Assembly (NCBI GenBank): GCA_964276515.1
Contig: OZ193909.1
Coordinates: forward strand, 10,106,001 to 10,170,000
Direction of reading: 5' to 3'
DNA: 64,000 bases
DNA from: Gordius albopunctatus
Taxonomy: Eukaryota
This document shows, one piece after another, positions 53,901-64,000 of the stretch (the stretch's first letter is position 1; every line of letters begins with the position of its first letter). The notes beneath the pieces are model-generated. The model saw only the letters and a program-made list of their open reading frames with translations. It made no database searches and was not told the DNA's origin. A program made the translations under genes and the position numbers.

Positions 53901-56685
53901 TGAAAATAACAACTTTCATCGGATGAATATGGTTTAATGGAAACAATTTTAAATATTTTTAGCTAAAAAAATATTTTTTTTGTTATTTTATGTAAAAGAG
54001 CTTGAAAAAATATATAAAAGTAAGCTAATTTGAGATTCCTATTAATCTCGATCGACTCCTTATAAGAAGTTTTAAGCTGCGAGAACTATCATTTTGTTGA
54101 GAGACAACGTTATATTGTTGCGATTAGTTTGTTTCATCGCGACGAGACTGCTGAATTTTTGAAACATGCTATATGCGATGATTATCTCAAAGTAATAGTT
54201 ATCTAATTGTGATAAATTTTTACTTCTTATCATGGAATACACGTCTGAAAATTACAACTTTCATCGGATGAATATGGTTTAATGGAAACAATTTTAAATA
54301 TTTTTAGCTAAAAAAATATTTTTTTTGTTATTTTATGTAAAAGAGCTTGAAAAAATATAAAAAAGTAAGCTAATTTGAGATTCCTATTAATCTCGATCGA
54401 CTCCTTATAAGAAGTTTTAAGCTGCGAGAACTATCATTTTGTTGAGAGACAACGTTATATTGTTGCGATTAGTTTGTTTCATCGCGACGAGACTGCTGAA
54501 TTTTTGAAACATGCTATATGCGATGATTATCTCAAAGTAATAGTTATCTAATTGTGATAAATTTTTACTTCTTATCATGGAATACACGTCTGAAAATAAC
54601 AACTTTCATCGGATGAATATGGTTTAATGGAAACAATTTTAAATATTTTTAGCTAAAAAAATATTTTTTTTGTTATTTTATGTAAAAGAGCTTGAAAAAA
54701 TATATAAAAGTAAGCTAATTTGAGATTCCTATTAATCTCGATCGACTCCTTATAAGAAGTTTTAAGCTGCGAGAACTATCATTTTGAGGAAAGACAACGT
54801 TATATTGTTGCGATTATCATCGCGACGAGAGTGCTGAATTTTTGAAACATGCTATATGCGATGATTATTTCAAAGTAATAGTTATCTAATTGTGATAAAT
54901 TTTTACTTCTTATCATGAAAATCAGGTCTGAAAATAACAACTTTCATCGGATGAATATGGTTTAATGGAAATAATTTTAAATATTTTGAGCTGAAAAATA
55001 TATTTTTTGTTATTTTGTGCAAAAGAGCTTGAAAAAATATATAAAAGTAAGCTAATTTGAGATTCCTATTAATCTCGATCGACTCCTTATAAGAAGTTTT
55101 AAGCTGCGAGAACTATCATTTTGTTGAGAGACAACGTTATATTGTTGCGATTAGTTTGTTTCATCGCGACGAGACTGCTGAATTTTTGAAACATGCTATA
55201 TGCGATGATTATCTCAAAGTAATAGTTATCTAATTGTGATAAATTTTTACTTCTTATCATGGAATACACGTCTGAAAATAACAACTTTCATCGGATGAAT
55301 ATGGTTTAATGGAAACAATTTTAAATATTTTTAGCTAAAAAAATATTTTTTTTGTTATTTTATGTAAAAGAGCTTGAAAAAATATAAAAAAGTAAGCTAA
55401 TTTGAGATTCCTATTAATCTCGATCGACTCCTTATAAGAAGTTTTAAGCTGCGAGAACTATCATTTTGTTGAGAGACAACGTTATATTGTTGCGATTAGT
55501 TTGTTTCATCGCGACGAGACTGCTGAATTTTTGAAACATGCTATATGCGATGATTATCTCAAAGTAATAGTTATCTAATTGTGATAAATTTTTACTTCTT
55601 ATCATGGAATACACGTCTGAAAATAACAACTTTCATCGGATGAATATGGTTTAATGGAAACAATTTTAAATATTTTTAGCTAAAAAAATATTTTTTTTGT
55701 TATTTTATGTAAAAGAGCTTGAAAAAATATATAAAAGTAAGCTAATTTGAGATTCCTATTAATCTCGATCGACTCCTTATAAGAAGTTTTAAGCTGCGAG
55801 AACTATCATTTTGAGGAAAGACAACGTTATATTGTTGCGATTATCATCGCGACGAGAGTGCTGAATTTTTGAAACATACTATATGCGATGATTATTTCAA
55901 AGTAATAGTTATCTAATTGTGATAAATTTTTACTTCTTATCATGAAAATCACGTCTGAAAATAACAACTTTCATCGGATGAATATGGTTTAATGGAAACA
56001 ATTTTAAATATTTTTAGCTAAAAAAATATTTTTTTTGTTATTTTATGTAAAAGAGCTTGAAAAAATATATAAAAGTAAGCTAATTTGAGATTCCTATTAA
56101 TCTCGATCGACTCCTTATAAGAAGTTTTAAGCTGCGAGAACTATCATTTTGTTGAGAGACAACGTTATATTGTTGCGATTAGTTTGTTTCATCGCGACGA
56201 GACTGCTGAATTTTTGAAACATGCTATATGCGATGATTATCTCAAAGTAATAGTTATCTAATTGTGATAAATTTTTACTTCTTATCATGGAATACACGTC
56301 TGAAAATAACAACTTTCATCGGATGAATATGGTTTAATGGAAACAATTTTAAATATTTTTAGCTAAAAAAATATTTTTTTTGTTATTTTATGTAAAAGAG
56401 CTTGAAAAAATATAAAAAAGTAAGCTAATTTGAGATTCCTATTAATCTCGATCGACTCCTTATAAGAAGTTTTAAGCTGCGAGAACTATCATTTTGTTGA
56501 GAGACAACGTTATATTGTTGCGATTAGTTTGTTTCATCGCGACGAGACTGCTGAATTTTTGAAACATGCTATATGCGATGATTATCTCAAAGTAATAGTT
56601 ATCTAATTGTGATAAATTTTTACTTCTTATCATGGAATACACGTCTGAAAATAACAACTTTCATCGGATGAATATGGTTTAATGG
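38937..56685. repeat. Subfamily domain III (highly homogeneous, higher-order-repeat-like)
   Basis: Long monomers share the haplotype GTTGAGAGAC + GAGACTGC + TATCTCAAAG + ATGGAATACACG. All but one of the translated ORFs from 39067 to 56657 are identical. Confidence 0.88.
40294..43038. repeat. Eight-monomer block L-L-S-L-L-S-L-L, copy 1 of 4 (others at 43715-46458, 48829-51573, 53941-56685)
   Basis: The ORF pattern 40770/41452/41797/42480/42825 repeats at +3420, +8535 and +13647. The private marker AAAATTACAAC occurs in the first monomer of each copy (~40605, 44025, 49140, 54252). Confidence 0.92.
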
Positions 56686-59600
56686 AAACAATTTTAAATA
56701 TTTTTAGCTAAAAAAATATTTTTTTTGTTATTTTATGTAAAAGAGCTTGAAAAAATATATAAAAGTAAGCTAATTTGAGATTCCTATTAATCTCGATCGA
56801 CTCCTTATAAGAAGTTTTAAGCTGCGAGAACTATCATTTTGAGGAAAGACAACGTTATATTGTTGCGATTATCATCGCGACGAGAGTGCTGAATTTTTGA
56901 AACATGCTATATGCGATGATTATTTCAAAGTAATAGTTATCTAATTGTGATAAATTTTTACTTCTTATCATGAAAATCAGGTCTGAAAATAACAACTTTC
57001 ATCGGATGAATATGGTTTAATGGAAATAATTTTAAATATTTTGAGCTGAAAAATATATTTTTTGTTATTTTGTGCAAAAGAGCTTGAAAAAATATATAAA
57101 AGTATGCTAATTTGAGATTCCTATTAATCTCGATCGACTCCTTATAAGAAGTTTTAAGCTGCGAGAACTATCATTTTGAGGAAAGACAACGTTATATTGT
57201 TGCGATTATCATCGCGACGATAGTGCTGAATTTTTGAAACATGCTATATGCGATGATTATTTCAAAGTAATAGTTATCTAATTGTGATAAATTTTTACTT
57301 CTTATCATGAAAATCACGTCTGAAAATAACAACTTTCATCGGATGAATATGGTTTAATGGAAATAATTTTAAATATTTTGAGAGAAAAATATATTTTTTG
57401 TTATTTTGTGTAAAAGAGCTTGAAAAAATATATAAAAGTAAGCTAATTTGAGATTCCTATTAATCTCGATCGACTCCTTATAAGAAGTTTTAAGCTGCGA
57501 GAACTATCATTTTGAGGAAAGACAACGTTATATTGTTGCGATTATCATCGCGACGATAGTGCTGAATTTTTGAAACATGCTATATGCGATGATTATTTCA
57601 AAGTAATAGTTATCTAATTGTGATAAATTTTTACTTCTTATCATGAAAATCACGTCTGAAAATAACAACTTTCATCGGATGAATATGGTTTAATGGAAAT
57701 AATTTTAAATATTTTGAGCTGAAAAATATATTTTTTGTTATTTTGTGTAAAAGAGCTTGAAAAAATATATAAAAGTATGCTAATTTGAGATTCCTATTAA
57801 TCTCGATCGACTCCTTATAATAAGTTTTAAGCTGCGAGAACTATTATTTTGAGGAAAGACAACGTTATATTGTTGCGATTAGTTTGTTTCATCGCGACGA
57901 GAGTGCTGAATTTTTGAAACATGCTATATGCGATGATTATTTCAAAGTAATAGTTATCTAATTGTGATAAATTTTTACTTCTTATCATGAAAATCACGTC
58001 TGAAAATAACAACTTTCATCGGATGAATATGGTTTAATGGAAATAATTTTAAATATTTTGAGCTGAAAAATATATTTTTTGTTATTTTGTGTAAAAGAGC
58101 TTGAAAAAATATATAAAAGTATGCTAATTTGAGATTCCTATTAATCTCGATCGACTCCTTATAATAAGTTTTAAGCTGCGAGAACTATCATTTTGAGGAA
58201 AGACAACGCTTTATTGTTGCGATTATCATCGCGACGAGAGTGCTGAATTTTTGAAACATGCTATATGCGATGATTATTTCAAAGTAATAGTTATCTAATT
58301 GTGATAAATTTTTACTTCTTATCATGAAAATCACGTCTGAAAATAACAACTTTCATCGGATGAATATGGTTTAATGGAAATAATTTTAAATATTTTTAGC
58401 TAAAAAAATATTTTTTTTGTTATTTTATGTAAAAGAGCTTGAAAAAATATATAAAAGTAAGCTAATTTGAGATTCCTATTAATCTCGATCGACTCCTTAT
58501 AAGAAGTTTTAAGCTGCGAGAACTATCATTTTGAGGAAAGACAACGTTATATTGTTGCGATTATCATCGCGACGAGAGTGCTGAATTTTTGAAACATGCT
58601 ATATGCGATGATTATTTCAAAGTAATAGTTATCTAATTGTGATAAATTTTTACTTCTTATCATGAAAATCACGTCTGAAAATAACAACTTTCATCGGATG
58701 AATATGGTTTAATGGAAATAATTTTAAATATTTTGAGCTGAAAAATATATTTTTTGTTATTTTGTGTAAAAGAGCTTGAAAAAATATATAAAAGTATGGT
58801 AATTTGAGATTCATATTAATCTCAATCGACTCCTTATAATAAGTTTTAAGCTGCGAGAACTATCATTTTGAGGAAAGACAACGTTATATTGTTGCGATTA
58901 TCATCGCGACGAGAGTGCTGAATTTTTGAAACATGCTATATGCGATGATTATTTCAAAGTAATAGTTATCTAATTGTGATAAATTTTTACTTCTTATCAT
59001 GAAAATCACGTCTGAAAATAACAACTTTCATCGGATGAATATGGTTTAATGGAAACAATTTTAAATATTTTTAGCTAAAAAAATATTTTTTTTCTTGTTT
59101 TATGTAAAAGAGCTTGAAAAAATATATAAATGTAAGCTAATTTGAGATTCCTATTAATCTCGATCGACTCCTTATAAGAAGTTTTAAGCTGCGAGAACTA
59201 TTATTTTGAGGAAAGACAACGTTATATTGTTGCGATTAGTTTGTTTCATCGCGACGAGAGTGCTGAATTTTTGAAACATGCTATATGCGATGATTATTTC
59301 AAAGTAATAGTTATCTAATTGTGATAAATTTTTACTTCTTATCATGAAAATCACGTCTGAAAATAACAACTTTCATCGGATGAATATGGTTTAATGGAAA
59401 TAATTTTAAATATTTTGAGCTGAAAAATATATTTTTTGTTATTTTATGTAAAAGAGCTTGAAAAAATATATAAAAGTAAGCTAATTTGAGATTCCTATTA
59501 ATCTCGATCGACTCCTTATAAGAAGTTTTAAGCTGCGAGAACTATCATTTTGAGGAAAGACAACGTTATATTGTCGCGATTATCATCGCGACGAGAGTGC

Positions 59601-62600
59601 CGAATTTTTGAAACATGCTATATGCGATGATTATTTCAAAGTAATAGTTATCTAATTGTGATAAATTTTTACTTCTTATCATGAAAATCACGTCTGAAAA
59701 TAACAACTTTCATCGGATGAATATGGTTTAATGGAAATAATTTTAAATATTTTGAGCTGAAAAATATATTTTTTGTTATTTTGTGTAAAAGAGCTTGAAT
59801 AAATATATAAAAGTATGCTAATTTGAGATTCATATTAATCTCAATCGACTCCTTATAATAAGTTTTAAGCTGCGAGAACTATCATTTTGAGGAAAGACAA
59901 CGTTATATTGTCGCGATTATCATCGCGACGAGAGTGCTGAATTTTTGAAACATGCTATATGCGATGATTATTTCAAAGTAATAGTTATCTAATTGTGATA
60001 AATTTTTACTTCTTATCATGAAAATCACGTCTGAAAATAACAACTTTCATCGGATGAATATGGTTTAATGGAAATAATTTTAAATATTTTGAGAGAAAAA
60101 TATATTTTTTGTTATTTTGTGTAAAAGAGCTTGAAAAAATATATAAAAGTAAGCTAATTTGAGATTCCTATTAATCTCGATCGACTCCTTATAAGAAGTT
60201 TTAAGCTGCGAGAACTATCATTTTGAGGAAAGACAACGTTATATTGTTGCGATTATCATCGCGACGATAGTGCTGAATTTTTGAAACATGCTATATGCGA
60301 TGATTATTTCAAAGTAATAGTTATCTAATTGTGATAAATTTTTACTTCTTATCATGAAAATCACGTCTGAAAATAACAACTTTCATCGGATGAATATGGT
60401 TTAATGGAAATAATTTTAAATATTTTGAGCTGAAAAATATATTTTTTTTTATTTTGTGTAAAAGAGCTTGAAAAAATATATAAAAGTATGCTAATTTGAG
60501 ATTCCTATTAATCTCGATCGACTCCTTATAATAAGTTTTAAGCTGCGAGAACTATTATTTTGAGGAAAGACAACGTTATATTGTTGCGATTAGTTTGTTT
60601 CATCGCGACGAGAGTGCTGAATTTTTGAAACATGCTATATGCGATGATTATTTCAAAGTAATAGTTATCTAATTGTGATAAATTTTTACTTCTTATCATG
60701 AAAATCACGTCTGAAAATAACAACTTTCATCGGATGAATATGGTTTAATGGAAATAATTTTAAATATTTTGAGAGAAAAATATATTTTTTGTTATTTTGT
60801 GTAAAAGAGCTTGAAAAAATATATAAAAGTAAGCTAATTTGAGATTCCTATTAATCTCGATCGACTCCTTATAAGAAGTTTTAAGCTGCGAGAACTATCA
60901 TTTTGAGGAAAGACAACGTTATATTGTTGCGATTATCATCGCGACGATAGTGCTGAATTTTTGAAACATGCTATATGCGATGATTATTTCAAAGTAATAG
61001 TTATCTAATTGTGATAAATTTTTACTTCTTATCATGAAAATCACGTCTGAAAATAACAACTTTCATCGGATGAATATGGTTTAATGGAAATAATTTTAAA
61101 TATTTTGAGAGAAAAATATATTTTTTGTTATTTTGTGTAAAAGAGCTTGAAAAAATATATAAAAGTAAGCTAATTTGAGATTCCTATTAATCTCGATCGA
61201 CTCCTTATAAGAAGTTTTAAGCTGCGAGAACTATCATTTTGAGGAAAGACAACGTTATATTGTTGCGATTATCATCGCGACGATAGTGCTGAATTTTTGA
61301 AACATGCTATATGCGATGATTATTTCAAAGTAATAGTTATCTAATTGTGATAAATTTTTACTTCTTATCATGAAAATCACGTCTGAAAATAACAACTTTC
61401 ATCGGATGAATATGGTTTAATGGAAATAATTTTAAATATTTTGAGCTGAAAAATATATTTTTTTTTATTTTGTGTAAAAGAGCTTGAAAAAATATATAAA
61501 AGTATGCTAATTTGAGATTCCTATTAATCTCGATCGACTCCTTATAATAAGTTTTAAGCTGCGAGAACTATTATTTTGAGGAAAGACAACGTTATATTGT
61601 TGCGATTAGTTTGTTTCATCGCGACGAGAGTGCTGAATTTTTGAAACATGCTATATGCGATGATTATTTCAAAGTAATAGTTATCTAATTGTGATAAATT
61701 TTTACTTCTTATCATGAAAATCACGTCTGAAAATAACAACTTTCATCGGATGAATATGGTTTAATGGAAATAATTTTAAATATTTTGAGCTGAAAAATAT
61801 ATTTTTTGTTATTTTGTGTAAAAGAGCTTGAAAAAATAAATAAAAGTATGCTAATTTGAGATTCCTATTAATCTCGATCGACTCCTTATAATAAGTTTTA
61901 AGCTGCGAGAACTATCATTTTGAGGAAAGACAACGCTTTATTGTTGCGATTATCATCGCGACGAGAGTGCTGAATTTTTGAAACATGCTATATGCGATGA
62001 TTATTTCAAAGTAATAGTTATCTAATTGTGATAAATTTTTACTTCTTATCATGAAAATCACGTCTGAAAATAACAACTTTCATCGGATGAATATGGTTTA
62101 ATGGAAATAATTTTAAATATTTTTAGCTAAAAAAATATTTTTTTTGTTATTTTATGTAAAAGAGCTTGAAAAAATATATAAAAGTAAGCTAATTTGAGAT
62201 TCCTATTAATCTCGATCGACTCCTTATAAGAAGTTTTAAGCTGCGAGAACTATCATTTTGAGGAAAGACAACGTTATATTGTTGCGATTATCATCGCGAC
62301 GAGAGTGCTGAATTTTTGAAACATGCTATATGCGATGATTATTTAAAAGTAATAGTTATCTAATTGTGATAAATTTTTACTTCTTATCATGAAAATCACG
62401 TCTGAAAATAACAACTTTCATCGGATGAATATGGTTTAATGGAAATAATTTTAAATATTTTGAGCTGAAAAATATATTTTTTGTTATTTTGTGTAAAAGA
62501 GCTTGAAAAAATATATAAAAGTATGCTAATTTGAGATTCATATTAATCTCAATCGACTCCTTATAATAAGTTTTAAGCTGCGAGAACTATCATTTTGAGG

Positions 62601-64000
62601 AAAGACAACGTTATATTGTTGCGATTATCATCGCGACGAGAGTGCTGAATTTTTGAAACATGCTATATGCGATGATTATTTCAAAGTAATAGTTATCTAA
62701 TTGTGATAAATTTTTACTTCTTATCATGAAAATCACGTCTGAAAATAACAACTTTAATCGGATGAATATGGTTTAATGGAAACAATTTTAAATATTTTTA
62801 GCTAAAAAAATATTTTTTTTGTTATTTTATGTAAAAGAGCTTGAAAAAATATATAAAAGTAAGCTAATTTGAGATGTCTATTAATCTCGATCGACTCCTT
62901 ATAAGAAGTTTTAAGCTGCGAGAACTATCATTTTGTTGAGAGACAACGTTATATTGTTGCGATTAGTTTGTTTCATCGCGACGAGACTGCTGAATTTTTG
63001 AAACATGCTATATGCGATGATTATCTCAAAGTAATAGTTATCTAATTGTGATAAATTTTTACTTCTTATCATGGAATACACGTCTGAAAATAACAACTTT
63101 CATCGGATGAATATGGTTTAATGGAAACAATTTTAAATATTTTTAGCTAAAAAAATATTTTTTTTGTTATTTTATGTAAAAGAGCTTGAAAAAATATATA
63201 AAAGTAAGCTAATTTGAGATTCCTATTAATCTCGATCGACTCCTTATAAGAAGTTTTAAGCTGCGAGAACTATCATTTTGAGGAAAGACAACGTTATATT
63301 GTTGCGATTATCATCGCGACGAGAGTGCTGAATTTTTGAAACATGCTATATGCGATGATTATTTCAAAGTAATAGTTATCTAATTGTGATAAATTTTTAC
63401 TTCTTATCATGAAAATCACGTCTGAAAATAACAACTTTCATCGGATGAATATGGTTTAATGGAAATAATTTTAAATATTTTGAGCTGAAAAATATATTTT
63501 TTGTTATTTTGTGTAAAAGAGCTTGAATAAATATATAAAAGTATGCTAATTTGAGATTCATATTAATCTCAATCGACTCCTTATAATAAGTTTTAAGCTG
63601 CGAGAACTATCATTTTGAGGAAAGACAACGTTATATTGTCGCGATTATCATCGCGACGAGAGTGCTGAATTTTTGAAACATGCTATATGCGATGATTATT
63701 TCAAAGTAATAGTTATCTAATTGTGATAAATTTTTACTTCTTATCATGAAAATCACGTCTGAAAATAACAACTTTCATCGGATGAATATGGTTTAATGGA
63801 AATAATTTTAAATATTTTGAGAGAAAAATATATTTTTTGTTATTTTGTGTAAAAGAGCTTGAAAAAATATATAAAAGTAAGCTAATTTGAGATTCCTATT
63901 AATCTCGATCGACTCCTTATAAGAAGTTTTAAGCTGCGAGAACTATCATTTTGAGGAAAGACAACGTTATATTGTTGCGATTATCATCGCGACGATAGTG
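56686..64000. repeat. Subfamily domain IV (rich in short monomers; resembles the 34.5-39.6 kb region)
   Basis: Only 5 long monomers in ~21 units. Markers TTTTGAGAGAAAAA, GACGATAG, CTCAATCG and AAATAAATAA return. Confidence 0.75.

Larger units (their letters stand above)
1..64000. repeat. Tandem satellite DNA array, ~344/337-bp AT-rich monomer, ~187 copies, running off both ends of the window
   Basis: Sequence at 1 (AAATAATTTTAAATATTTTGAGCTG) recurs at 345 and every 336-345 bp through to the end. Landmarks such as TTCATCGGATGAA and AAAGTAATAGTTATCTAATTGTG recur in nearly every unit. Copies differ only by a few substitutions or small indels, and I saw no interruption or inversion. Confidence 0.99.

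Noticed and set aside
475..63096. About 80 near-identical 61-65 aa minus-strand ORFs (MLFSDVIFMIRSKNLSQLDNYYF...) as a tandem small-protein gene family
   Set aside because: The start is TTG, and the frame is broken by the 7-bp indel in a large share of monomers and by point stops or start loss in others. Many common variants change amino acids, non-ORF parts of the monomer are conserved to a similar degree, and no domain is recognisable. Ribosome profiling or proteomics would be needed to revive the idea.
1..64000. CRISPR array or repeat-spacer system
   Set aside because: There are no unique spacers, because the entire ~340-bp unit is repeated. No cas genes are present.
1..64000. Tandem RNA gene cluster (5S rRNA, tRNA, snRNA, spliced leader)
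   Set aside because: I recognised no 5S, tRNA cloverleaf, A/B box or spliced-leader sequence. GGTTTAAT matches only the first 8 nt of nematode SL1 and then diverges. An Rfam/Infernal scan would settle this.
1..64000. Assignment to a named satellite family or species
   Set aside because: Size and AT content resemble several insect satellites, but I cannot confirm sequence identity without a database search.
1..64000. Pure assembly or concatemer artefact
   Set aside because: Structured, position-dependent, shared variants and nested duplications are not expected from random error or rolling-circle copies of one template. The copy number of the near-identical blocks could still be mis-assembled.

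Overview
The whole 64-kb window is one uninterrupted, head-to-tail array of an AT-rich satellite repeat. It holds roughly 187 monomers, all in the same orientation, at about 28% GC (hand count of monomer 1). Monomers fall into two length classes, long (~344-345 bp) and short (~337-338 bp), which differ by a 7-bp indel (GTTTGTT). I found no real genes, RNA genes, transposons, CRISPR spacers, inversions or unique sequence. The roughly 80 near-identical 61-65 aa minus-strand ORFs are an incidental reading frame of the long monomer. The information lies in the variants. They define four successive subfamily domains, nested multi-monomer duplications (2, 3, 4, 7, 8, 10, 14, 15, 20 and 25 monomers), mappable recombination junctions, a probable short gene-conversion tract, and a monomer dense in dyad symmetries. 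One quasi-palindrome has recurrent variants that each improve its pairing. The array looks like eukaryotic (peri)centromeric or heterochromatic satellite DNA from a genome without CpG depletion; this is inference, and I cannot name the species or family.
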